The position numbers and the translations under genes are program-made. A DNA stretch of 64,000 bases, taken from the NCBI GenBank assembly GCA_964016885.1, contig OZ024740.1, forward strand, positions 92,008,001-92,072,000. Reading direction: 5' to 3'. This document shows, piece after piece, positions 12,661 to 26,566 of the stretch. Below the pieces are notes generated by a model. That model was not told the origin of the DNA, ran no database searches, and saw only the letters and a program-made list of their open reading frames with translations. Within the stretch, counting starts at the first letter, position 1, and each line of letters starts with the position of its first letter. This DNA comes from Eledone cirrhosa. Taxonomy: Eukaryota.

Positions 12661-15600
12661 GCCATTTCTAAAAATGTGTTTTTAATAAAATGAAAATAAA
12701 AGTAGGAGACAGAGGAGGGGGATTAGTGACAGGTGTTGAAGTGGTCAAGCATACGGTTATTAGGGTTGAGGTGAGGGGTGCAGATATTTGGTTGTTGGTT
12801 ATGTGTAAATATGGTGCATACTATGAAGCTTGTGTGCATATGTGGGTGTTAGGGGTATTGGTGGTGTAAGTAGGTGCGTGTTTGAATGTGTGTGCACATG
12901 CGTCTGCGCGCGCACGCAGTAATGTGCACGCAATCACACACATCTATAAGTGTACACATAATCAACCGTATCACTGTGTATGCACGGGTTTGTATGTTAG
13001 TATTTGTGGATATTGGTGTGTTTAGTATTGTCGCATTCAATGCGTATGTGTGTTCTATTCCGAAGAATTGGGGTGTGTTTATATATTTAGTATGGTCCAA
13101 GATTGGTTCTCGATTCTAGGTTTGTGATTCCAAATTGAGAAATGGCCTTCGGTAAAGTGGATGAGAAAGTTGTGGGTAGTAGTAACTAAACGGAATGTCT
13201 GGATGAGTTGGTTATATTCACCTGTCAGAAAGACTGTTCGAGAGGGAGGTTGAAGGAGTGTGTGTTGAGTAAGGTAGAGAATCAGTGTGATAGAGTGGGA
13301 ATGTGCATATGTACGTGACAGCACAAATGATTTTTTTCACCAAAATCAATGAGTGTAACCTGTTTGAAATATTTGTTATTGTGAATTATGAAGCATGAAC
13401 CACATTACTCATCCCTCAACGCTCATTTTGCAGTTGCGAAATGTGTAGGAATAGTCAGCCAGAAGGTTGTAGGAATCCGAGAGCTCGACACCGGGAAGCT
13501 CCGACTCCTGTGTAGAATCAATCGTTCATCATGACATGCAACACGAAAGGATACCGGATAAAAAACCGTTTTATGCTCAATAAAATTTACCCCACGTAGA
13601 TCCAGGTGATATATTACAGAAACAATTTGAATAATGTAAAATAGTTCTAAATAAAACACCGACCATATATATACCCCCCCCCCCTCCACTATAAAAAAAA
13701 ACCCTCTAAGAGAAGTAATATATAAATAATCGTAGATCGTTGAACAAATTATATTTGATGTAAAGTGGCAACACAATTCAGTCGTATCACAATCCTTGCA
13801 ATATGCAAAGATGAATATGTAGAACTGAACAGTTATATTTAGGAAACTTACTGTTGTAAATAAATTCGAAATAATTCACACGAGTACATGAAAACATATT
13901 GATATTAAATATAAACGGACGGAATCTTGTGTTTCATACACACTCATACACAGTCCACCGCTACACACCCGCATACATATATATCCATACTGGATAGGTA
14001 GATTGCTATTAACGGTACGTACTTATGTATACAGGATGGGAAAGAAAAGTATGCGTGATTTCCAGATAAACATTTGAATATATACCAGTAAAATTTGATT
14101 TTACTTATCATTATAACTCAACTTACATGTTTGTTCTGAAGAGATATGCAGCATTTGTTCTAAACGTATTTATGATATATTTTATATTCCTTTTTCAATC
14201 TCAAATACATTTTTTAAAGCCCACTGAAATCGATAAAATCTATTTCTCTTCAACACCAATAAAACTTAGGTTCTCACTACTTACTGATTCTTATCATTAT
14301 ATTCAGTGTAGATGTAATACTATTATATATTTATTTTTCATACAGTGATGTTGTAAAAGTACTCTTTTCCACAATGAGTTTTTGATTAGTTAATACATAA
14401 TATATGTTGTTTCTTGTTTCATTACAGTGTGTCTAACTAAAATATTGCAATTCTCAAAAGAAAACTCTGTTGAAAAATGTTGAAACATCAAATCTAAATA
14501 ATTATTCACAAAAGAAAATTGCGTATCATTTGTATTAAATTATTAATTTAGTTAAATAACATAACTACAATAGCACCGTATCAAGTTTATTTTTATAGTG
14601 TACTAAACATACATATATCTTTAATGCTTAGAATGTTATCTGTTGTTATTGTTATTTTAAATAATATCTGGCATAAATTGAACTTAAAATACGAATAACG
14701 ATATATTGTGAAATATTAATCTATTGGTCGTGAATAGATAGGGTAAATACATAAATGTGTAAATAATGCTGTACTATCATTATGAATAGTTAATGACAAG
14801 GTGGACACTATTAAGTGCAGGCTGCACCAAATTGAAGCAAATCCGGCTCTGTTTAAGCTGAAATACTACTCTAGCATACATATTATTGGAATTCTTTTCG
14901 AATTATTCTCTTTACAATGATGTCTATCACCTCAGAGATCTCGATGCTCACATCTAGCGTGGTGCAGAACATATATAACACGCCCAGACCAATGATACCA
15001 ACGTCAGGATGCCACTTGTTTGCAAGGTAAGCAACCATTCTGTTTCAAGTATCATCGATATTGCCGGCATAATTTCTCTCGTCACTGACTTCAAGGTTTG
15101 CGCTTATAGACAGGAATCTCAAAACATATCAAGCCTAATCTTGAAAGCTTCGATATTCCACGGTGGCCTACGCGACGACCAATTAACAATGCTTCTATGA
15201 TTTGGACGACCGATTCGGGAGACAAATCTTCGGCTTGCCTTGCATGTTACTTCTCGTCTGTACATCTAGATTATAAACATACACCCTCGGTCAATTAGCA
15301 CTGAGATTTACATGGCTTCCTATGCAACATTGTGTTCTTAAGAACTGCAAGGTACATACATTTCAATACGATTCAAAGTGCATGATTTCCGCAATCATCT
15401 GACGGTTGAGCTGTGTCTGTGCCAGTTCATCCCACGACATGTTCCTTTCAAGCATCCAGCATAACATGAACATTGCTAGCTTCCCATCGCAGCTGAAAAT
15501 GGTAAGACCCTCCTCGGTGAAGCAGCATACAGCAACATTTCCAAACAGGTGTTTTGTGAATTCAGCCAGAGCTCTAGGCAATCTCATCACTAATTTTGCG

Positions 15601-16088
15601 CTAGTTTTCGTTTCATATAAACAGTAGGGAGGGGAAAATTTGGCGTTTTTCTGTCCAAAGAACCGAACTAATTACGTTTATTGGGACACAGCTAAACACC
15701 TGCAGGTGTTAACTGTTTAATTTCGAAGAATGTTTGCAGCGAATATCCCTCTCAATCCACTGAAAACATGATGGCTCTCTTTATTCCACTGGGAGCATCA
15801 GATGGTATATGACTGGAGTTTTGCGCGCTGGAGAAAGAATGTGGATAAATAGAAGCTTGTCAACATTTCCCCAACTAATTCTTGCAGTTAACTTTGATAT
15901 TTACATACACACATACACACATATATTACTATTTCATAATGTAAATCGTATTTCGAATTAAGATCACCATAGCCGAGAAATAAGTAACAATGTGTGAATC
16001 AAAATTAAACGATGATTTATCCTAATATAACCATTCAAAATGACATACACCTGCTAGCAATTATGCAGTAGCAATTCAACTTACACAC

Positions 16089-16166
<78 letters not shown>

Positions 16167-16340
16167 ACACACACACACACCCACGCACATACACACACAT
16201 ACACACACGCATACATGACCATTCAAGAGTAGAGAAATATATATATATACATGTATGTATGTATGTGAATATATATAAATAAATATATACAAATATATAT
16301 AGAGATTACAGTAATCAAAGTTCAGTTTAAGTCATTTATT

Positions 16341-16387
16341 TGCTTACAATTGTTTCCTCCAAACCGAGGTTTGGATTCTTCGGAGCA
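16341..16387 (-). ncRNA. Minimal hammerhead, U4C core variant
   Basis: Minus strand: TGCT CCGAAGA A TCCAAACC TC GGTTTGGA G GAAA CAATTG TA AGCA. Confidence 0.75.
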
Positions 16388-16759
16388 GTTATTTATAACA
16401 TACTTGACCTCCTTTTCAACCCAAGAGACACATAAAACATATGCGCATATTGATCAACAGTGGGGTGACATTCATCAAATGAAATAGCATGGCAATTTAC
16501 ATATAAAGTGTTACATGATAAAAATAAAAATAATGTGTTACATGATAAAAATAAAATAAAATAAAAGCAAGAGTGAAAATAAAGATAAACATGAAGCGTT
16601 GGCAGTCTATGAAGATAAAGCAAGAGGAAAGCTTAGAGTAGTCAGTGCATGAAGCAATCTCCCGTGTAGCATGCACGCTTGTCTTATCTATACATGATTA
16701 GAGTACGTCAGAATGATATTTGCAGGGTCAGGCAGTTGAAGCAGGCAATCGATCTTATA

Positions 16760-17310
<551 letters not shown>

Positions 17311-18186
17311 AGTTTATATATGTATGTCTGTGTGTGTATATATATATATAAGTTTATGTGTGTAAATATATGTGTATATAGATTTGAAAAAAATACACAT
17401 ATTCATATATGTGTATAAATATATATGTAAGATTGTATACATATACATATAGGTATATATGCATATATACATATATATATATATTTATCAAACGCCTGGC
17501 ACAGCAAATAAACAATAGATCCGAGAGAAGCAAATGGGGTGGCTGGATTAAGTTAACAAACGATCAGCAACTCACGCACACACACACAAACGAAACAGCT
17601 ACACACGCACACGTACACAGTAGCATTCCACCATACGATCATACTACACTGCCAATACAGAGGAACAAGGCAGCAACAAAGGCACACACACACACACACA
17701 CTCAAGCGAGACAACAACACACTCATACACACAGTAACATTTAACAAACAGGCAGAGAATGGACTGACAGCCAGCGTTACCCCACTCCCACATTCGGCCG
17801 CTGACATCTGCCCGACCGACCCCATTTCACGCGCACGCGCTGCTGAATACCTCAGACATTCAAAACAACAAACAGCGTAGGACGCGTTTCGCACCTTTCC
17901 GACAGACAACCTTTCCCCCACCCCGGAAAAAAACCCAGTTATTGGATGTGAATCCGAAATATATAGGAACAATTAAATCTCTCCCAAGGTAACTCTCTTT
18001 TTATTTTATCCTTTATACTCTTTCCTTCATTCTTCTACACGTCTTTTACACACCACGCATCTCAACGTACACCAACTTACATCTCCCTCTCCACCACCGG
18101 ATCTTGTTACCCGGAGACCTACCCATTTGCATTGTCGAAGCTCCCAAACGACGCAAAGATATTTACCATATATATATATATATGTA

Positions 18187-18243
<57 letters not shown>

Positions 18244-19118
18244 TAATAAAATAATGAATAAACAAAGAAACAGTTCCTTATATTAAAAAAATTCATCATT
18301 TTACGATCGTTTCTAGGATATATATGTGTATTAGAGTTGGTATGCATATCCTATAGATCTATGTACAATATTTATACAAACTATCAGAGGGAATATACAT
18401 ACCTACACATATATATGCTGTCTTCAGAAATAATGATATTTGTTTATTGAAAAAAACAAAGATTCAATACAATAGTTCTGTTTGGGAACAGGTTTTTAAT
18501 TGACCAATAGAGAGATAGTGAGGGTCAGGATAGTAATATAGTAGTAGAAGAACCTTAAATTATGTGTAGAGGAAGGTAGCTTTCAGTTTTGGATGGAAAA
18601 GAATATTATGAATGAAGGATTATTTTAGGGAAGAAATAGGTCTTATGCTGACCTCAGAAATAATTTATTTGTTCATTGAATAAAACCAACAAAGATCTAA
18701 TACATTCTGTCTGTTTGGTAAGAGGTTTAGAATTAACCAATAGAAAGTTAATAATTGGCCAAATGGTAAAATAGTAGTAATTGAAGCTTATTTTAGGGGT
18801 GAAAATAGGTCAGGTGGTCAATAAAAGGTATACAAGCAGTTGCTGTTATAAAATGGTAATGCCAGTACAAATATCTAAGGTGACTAAAGTTTTAAGATAA
18901 GAATGTTAGCGAAAAAAATACATCTATGAAAAGAAATATAAATTAATTTACTTGATGGGTATATTTATATTGATAAAATTATACTAATACATATAGATAT
19001 GATAAATAAGAGTAGAGTTAGATGCAGTTGAAAAGTGCTGTTAAAGATGAGGGGAAATTAAAAAAATATAAAAATAATATATATATATACTTATACATAT
19101 GTATACACATACATATAT

Positions 19119-19198
<80 letters not shown>

Positions 19199-19292
19199 CT
19201 ATATATATATATATATATATACATATATATACACATACACACACACACACACACACATACACATATATATATATATATACATACATACATAT

Positions 19293-19327
<35 letters not shown>

Positions 19328-19332
19328 GATAT

Positions 19333-19390
<58 letters not shown>

Positions 19391-19699
19391 GCATACATAC
19401 ATACATAAACATATATATAGACACACATATACACTTATATATACATATAATTATTGGGTGGGGATTACATTTATTAGTGAGAAATAGTAAATATATATGT
19501 TTTCAAGGAACATAGAGTCATAACCTGAAGTTAAAGCATTATATATGTTTACTTAATGGTATCAGTTTTAGGAAATGATATTTGTAAGAAGGAAAGCAAA
19601 ATTATGTAGTTCATCTGTAGTAGAATATTAATTATAGGTTAACTAAATTAAATATAAATTATAAATTAATTTCTAAAGTGTATATTAATTAGGCTTATA

Positions 19700-20600
19700 A
19701 TATTTAAAGGTTTTTCTCAGTTTATGATTACACGATATTATTAATTCCTGTCGGTTATTTAATAGGATATACTTAGATTTCATTATTTCAAAAAGTTCTT
19801 GGGAACATAATCTACATTAATTTCTACTATTTTGATAAGGAGTGGCCCTTTTGAGCACACTCCAGGTCAGGTCATATTCTATATTCCTCTTTCTATAACT
19901 ATTTATTATTTAAGCTACAGATGTTGTATTAGCTAGTGCGGCACTTTTAAAACTATGTTTGTGGGTATTAAATCTTACCTTAAATTTGTTAGAGGTAGCT
20001 CCTATATATGAATAAATTGAGTCGTTAGTGTTAACTTTACATTTATATACTATGTTATTAACAAGGCAATTTCCTTTTAATGCACAGTTTGCCTTGTTTC
20101 TACAGTTACAACTTTTCGTGAATCCTGTATCTGAGGAGATATTATGGTTAGTTTGATCTACTGGTGGTATACTCATGGTTTTTTTACATTTATATGCATT
20201 ATAGGCACATATTTTGTGTTATGTTTTTGGTTGTTGAGTAGGAGAATTTAACCGTTGATCTATTTAAGATTTGATGGTATTTGTGGTTTGGCGGGAAGTT
20301 TTTCTCTAGGATATTAAAGAATTTTTTAGGTATACTATACTTAATTTGTAAATTAAATTGAGCATTATACCAAGTAACTTGTCGATTACGGTTTCGATGT
20401 TGTTTATTGTTTTTATAGGATGCATCCTGATGTTTATTAAGAGAATTATTGTTAATGACCTCACCACACACATTTTTAGTTAGATTTATTGATTTAGGTG
20501 TTTTAGCTTGTCTATTAGGAGTTTTATTATTAACATTTATTAGAGTTGTAGGATGAGTAGTTTTTTGAGAGTTACTATACTGTATATTAGAAGAGTTAGA
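19700..20600 (-). mobile_element. PLE fragment: post-RT linker plus GIY-YIG endonuclease, frameshifted
   Basis: RNRQVTWYNAQF...NFPPNHKYHQILNRSTVKFSYS; CNCRNKANCALKGNCLVNNIVYKC...YIGATSNKFKVRFNTHKHSF. Confidence 0.88.
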
Positions 20601-20656
20601 GAAATTTATATATATATATATAAGAGTGGGAAATGAAATATCGTTTCATTTTTTCC

Positions 20657-20835
<179 letters not shown>

Positions 20836-21009
20836 TATATATATATACATATATATCCAGGGGGTGTAACTAGGAGTTACTGCAGGTTCACCCGGGTGAG
20901 CACTCGATGTGTTGGTTCACTTCTGTGATGATGTGTAGAGATATACAGAGTGTAATATATAGAAAGGATAAAAAGGACGAATGAATATTCCTTCATTGCA
21001 TTTATTGAT

Positions 21010-21096
21010 AGGTGACGCGCGTTTCGCCACTGATCAGCTCACGGTTCGATCTATATCGATCCTACCCGACTCAATAATCCGCTGCTCGACGGACCT
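21010..21096 (-). ncRNA. Degenerate hammerhead at the end of a PLE-like 3' UTR
   Basis: Minus strand: AGGT CCGTCGA GC...GC GAAA CGCGCG TC ACCT. A more decayed relative lies at about 38630-38712 (-). Confidence 0.55.
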
Positions 21097-21981
21097 TCTT
21101 AAAATGCTATAAGAAAATGAAATACATGCTATGTGATAAAGTCAGATATTCAAGAGTTTGACAAAATGAGTTGTTTTGATTGGTGGGAAGGGTCAAGGCG
21201 ATGTACTGGCCTGTAGTGTATATGGGGTGGGTGTGATGGTGAGATGTTGGTGACGATGGGTGGATGAGATGGGCTGTGGTGTGGTTGATTGGCCTTGGCA
21301 TGTAGAGTATGTGGGGGTGGATGTTATGATATGGTGGTGGTTATGGTTGCTTAGTGGGATGGGCTGTGGTATGAGGTTAGTGGGTTGTCAGTAGACGGGT
21401 AGGCGTGTGTGTGGGGGTGTGGTATTGGTGCTGCTGTCTATGGTAGTGGCGTTTAAGTTGGTGTGGCGGATGTATTGATGGGTCAAGGTCATTACCTAGA
21501 TACATAGCTAGACGCTCATTGTCTGACAGATGCTTTGTATGTACGTATACGCACACACATATAGGTATATATGTGCACACATATCGATGTATAACACGCC
21601 CACCACAAAACACATACGCACATCCTTGCCCACACATATCGACACACGCTCACACACAGCCATATCTATATGTGCACACATGTATGTGCGTGTGCGCATG
21701 CGGACACGAAAATGGAGAGTGGGGGAGTATCGTTGGCGAACGACGGTGAAGGGGGAAGGTTGCAACGATGAGGTGTGTATGTTGATGTGAATTTTGGTGG
21801 TGGTGATGGTGATGTGTGCGGTATGATATACAAATGCGGGCTTAGAAATGGTTACATGGAGTACAATACAATAAGTTCATTGAGGTGGGCGATGTTGAGA
21901 CGGGGTATATGTGGTTTTTAATATGGTGTGTCATGGTTAGTGTGATTTTTGGTGTGGTTTATGTATGCCATACTAATTCAA

Positions 21982-22036
21982 ACTGCCTGAAGAGGTCACA
22001 GCCAAAGATGGCTGTCACTGAAATATATAAAGCAGT
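21982..22036 (+). ncRNA. Hammerhead of the 10344 family, cleavage triplet mutated
   Basis: ACTGC CTGAAGA GGTCACAGCC AAAGAT GGCTGTCACT GAAA TATATA AA GCAGT. Confidence 0.65.
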
Positions 22037-22105
22037 AATAAACGAAGCTAAATTTTAATCATTTGACTTTTTATTTAACTTTATTTAATATATATATGTA
22101 TATAA

Positions 22106-22368
<263 letters not shown>

Positions 22369-22689
22369 ATCTAGCTCCCACACGGGTTGAGCGCTTCAAA
22401 CAGTAGCGGACCTAAGTCACTATGGATAAACTGGCAACCTTAGCGTCACTGAAGGACATCCCCCTACCTGATTTACGAGAATATATAGCAGTAATAAACG
22501 AAGCTAAATTTTAATCATTTGACATTTATTTAACTTTATTTTATATATATATATATATAGTTGTGTGTGTGTATGTATGTAAGTATAGATATATGCATAT
22601 ATATATATATATATATTATATATAATATACCAATGATTCTTGAAATTGACTACACACAAAACATAATTCCTATATGTTAGTATATATTC

Positions 22690-22732
<43 letters not shown>

Positions 22733-22755
22733 ATGTATGTAAGTATATATATATG

Positions 22756-22802
<47 letters not shown>

Positions 22803-22881
22803 ATATACTAGTGATTGTTGAAATTGACTACACACAAAACATAATTCCTATATCTTAGTATCTATTCTTCATATATATGTA

Positions 22882-22964
<83 letters not shown>

Positions 22965-23093
22965 AAAGTTATATTTAAATTGTTGGGTTAACAACGAGTA
23001 AATATTTATAACTGATATAAAAGCACTCAACAAGTATTTGGAGTATATTTATGATATTAAATAAATGGAAACTATATTTATAAAACCATATTT

Positions 23094-23157
23094 ATTTCGT
23101 TATATATATTTCAGGGATATCATATTAACAATATGTTATGCCATCTTCAGACAAAAT
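23094..23157 (-). ncRNA. Minimal hammerhead in pLTR
   Basis: Minus strand: ATTTTGT CTGAAGA TGG...CCT GAAA TATATA TA ACGAAAT. Confidence 0.75.
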
Positions 23158-25294
23158 ACAATATAAACAGTCTTATAAATAAATAGATACGACATACCTT
23201 TCAATCACCTTGCATTTGGGAGGTTGAATTGGTAGTAAAAAAAAAAAAAAAAAAAAAAAAAATGTGGACAGTTGTAAAAAGAAAGAGATAAAGAGAGAAA
23301 GAAAGAGAAACGAAGAAAAAGAAGAAATGCATGTGACTAAATAGAGGGATATAGAAAGATAGATAAAGAGAAGAACTTCATGTAAAGAAACAGAGAGAAA
23401 TATATATAGAGAGAGGAAAAAAGAAAGAGATAGATAGAGATAGATAGAGAAATTAGGAAGTTGAGTATCGGTTGATACATTTATTTATTTATTTATTTAC
23501 TTATTTAGCTCTAGTATTAATGTAAAGAGAGATGTATGTAGTTAAGAGAGAAAATAGCCGTTATATAGAGAGAAAAAAGAGAGAATGAAAAAGAGAAAAT
23601 GAAACATAACCAGACATAAACGATGCAGAATTTAAAACCGCTATGTTTTATCCGTAGAAAATATTAGTTCGTATAAAACAGGCATTATAATGTAAGTACC
23701 AGTATTCATGAATGAGACATGTATCTATAATGTGTGAAAAGTAATGACCTTATGTCTTGTTTTTAAAAATTCATATGTTTATATCATAATTATAAACAAA
23801 CTCCCAATTCACACGAAAACATTCTCATTGTGCTATAAAAATCCAAGTATACATATATGTGTGTATATATACACATATATATATAGAGTCTATATTAATT
23901 TTAACAATACTATTCTTGTCTTTATTCTACCTGATTGTCGATCAAGCAGAAATAGAGAACAGATTTCAATATATTAATAAAAATAAAAATAAAAATAAAA
24001 ATATCAGAGACAAGAAAATAAATAAATAAATAAACAGAAAACTAAAACATTTAATATTAAAAATAAAACATATTACAAAATATTAAAAAATATTAAAAAA
24101 TATTAAAAAAAATATTAAAAAATAATACAAATAAAACACAGAGATCAGCCTTTCAAAGTTAATTGACAATATATTGCCAAGATCATCATAAGCATCAGAG
24201 TCGAAACAGATAAAACAAAAATTGTTTATCAAATCCTGTCTAGCAGAAATCATTCCAAAAGTTTAGGATTCCAAAAGTTTAGGTCTACATAAGTTCTTAT
24301 ATATAATATAGAAGTTTATCTAGTTTAAAATGTAATTCGATATATTTGGAGCATCAGCTTTTAGGGTAGTTTAATTATTCATGAAGAATGTTTTAATAAA
24401 AAGAATGTTTAATAAAAAGAAGAAATCGAAAAATTTATCGGCTAGTTTCATAAATAATTACAAATCAAATCAAAACAAACATAATTACATTTTAAATTTA
24501 AATTTATATTTAAACGTTGAGTTCAATCTATGTCTGCAGCAACTGAATAAATTTGTCCGTAGATTAAGGGAATTTTTAGATTTTAGTATAAAGAATATCT
24601 CCTCCGCACATATGTCACATGTCTCAGAGGATGAATTAAAAGGAATCCCCCTTGAAACTATATTCCAAGTCGTCGAATATCTAACGTTATCATGCCTAAG
24701 TTGCCAGAGTACGCCTGATAGTGCTGTTGAAGATTTTTTGGATGGATCTGTGAAAGAATTCTTGTGGTTGTTATAGCGAAGTTTAAATTCCGTCGATGTA
24801 GAACCAACGTAGTTAAAAGAATTAACGTCCGTTTTAACATTACAGTTGTATATTATATTTTTAACTAAGCAGTTGTTATTTAACGGACATTTAGATATAT
24901 CTCTACAGTTACATTTGTTAACTTGGATATTATTTATGCTAGTATCGCTAGGTTTTAAGTTCCTGTTATTTATTCTATTAATATTTTGCGCTAAATTTTT
25001 GGTGGATGAGTAGGTTAGTTTTATAGTATGTCTTTTTCCCTCTCTCTATATATATTTCTCTCTGTTTCTTTACATGAAGTTCTTCTCTTTATCTATCTTT
25101 CTATATCCCTCTATTTAGTCACATTCATTTCTTCTTTTTCTTCGTTTCTCTTTCTTTCTCTCTTTATCTCTTTCTTTTTACAACTGTCCACATTTTTTTT
25201 TTTTTTTTTTTTTTTACTACCAAATCAACCTCCCAAATGCAAGGTGATTGAAAGGTATGTCGTATCTATTTACTTATAAGACTGTTCATATTGT

Positions 25295-25358
25295 ATTTTG
25301 TCTGAAGATGGCATAACATATTGTTAATATGATATCCCGGAAATATATATAACGAAAT
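25295..25358 (+). ncRNA. Minimal hammerhead in inverted pLTR
   Basis: ATTTTGT CTGAAGA TGG...CCG GAAA TATATA TA ACGAAAT. Confidence 0.75.
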
Positions 25359-25396
25359 AAATATGGTTTTATAAATATAGTTTCCATTTATTTAAT

Positions 25397-25430
<34 letters not shown>

Positions 25431-25658
25431 TAAAAAGGGATGAAATTGAAAATGCAACTAAAGTCTTATTTTTTTTTAAATATATATATTTATTTGGTTC
25501 CCTCACCGGTTTCGCAGTTCTTCTGCTTTTCAAAAGGTGAGTTGAGATGGAGGGTCTGTGGTTTTTCTCACATCTGGTTGGTCTCTAAATGTTACTTATG
25601 GAAAAAGTGGCTCGAAAACCAGGTTTTTCGAGAAGTGATTTCATTGGTTTGTCAATAA

Positions 25659-25706
25659 TTATAATAAATTTCGCGCCAGTTCGCGTTACAATAGTTCTTC
25701 AGATAA
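25659..25706 (-). ncRNA. Possible degenerate hammerhead downstream of the intact PLE
   Basis: Minus strand: TTAT CTGAAGA ...GAAA TTTA TT ATAA. Stem I pairs, stems II and III are weak; the position fits a 3' pLTR. Confidence 0.4.
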
Positions 25707-26041
25707 GAGAGGGGGGTTTGTCACAGGTTGTTTTTTGATATATGAGTGTTTGAATTTCTTTTTACTTGAAAAAATGAGGCTCACGAAGGCTTTTTTTCTG
25801 GTTGGTTATAAATGAAATTTGGCTGTCACGTGAACAAGTTTTCATTACATTTTTGCGCCCTTATTTGGAAAACTATTATGTAGTCTTTGTAGTGAATGTT
25901 ATGACAATGGAGAGATAGTGGTCAAGGGAAAAGGGATTGGGAGAAATGTTCTGGTTCAGTGAATATGGCCAGCTGTCAGATTTCAGGTGTCAGAGTTTAG
26001 ATTTTCTATTGAGACTGAAGATATGTGTTTATTTGTGTGCT

Positions 26042-26072
<31 letters not shown>

Positions 26073-26566
26073 ATGTGTGTATTGGAATATGATTCTATTA
26101 GTAGAGATGGGGGAGGGAGTGGTGTGTGTGTATATATGGGTGTTATGTGTTTGTGTGCGAGTATGTTAGATAGAGAGAATATATATTTTGTGTGTGTGTG
26201 TATATATATATGTGTGTAGGAAAGTGGTTCTATTAGTAGAAATGGGGAGGGTGTTGTAGGTGTGGGGGTTGGTATGTGTGTGTATGGGTGTTATGTGTGT
26301 GGGAGTATGGTTAGCATGTTAAGATGAAGAGAATATATATATATATATATATATATTGTGTGTGTGTATGTGTGTGTGTAGGAAAATGATTCCTTTAGTA
26401 GGAATATTTTTGAATGAACATATTTTCCTGACTTTTTCGTGTTTGCTATTGTATTGCCAGTGCAAACGTATGTTTAAGGTTTATTTAGTTCGGGTTTTTA
26501 TTTTCTAAAGTAGAAGGTGTTATGTGTGTGTGTGTATCTCATATTGTGGTGTTGACATAATGTATA

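Larger units (their letters stand above)
22962..25401 (-). mobile_element. 5'-truncated PLE (GIY-YIG + 3' UTR + pLTR) with an inverted upstream pLTR
   Basis: Minus strand ~25027-24480 reads CNCRDISKCPLNNNCLVKNIIYNC...YVGSTSTEFKLRYNNHKNSF...CDICAEE...CCRH. 23050-23424 is repeated inverted at 25031-25401. Confidence 0.88.

Noticed and set aside
19018-19515. ORFs of YI/HT/CV repeats here and at many other sites (3598, 16035, 20626, 30131, 38770, 40751, 43514, 61997)
   Set aside because: They are translations of (TA)n, (CA)n and (GA)n microsatellites, which lack stop codons.
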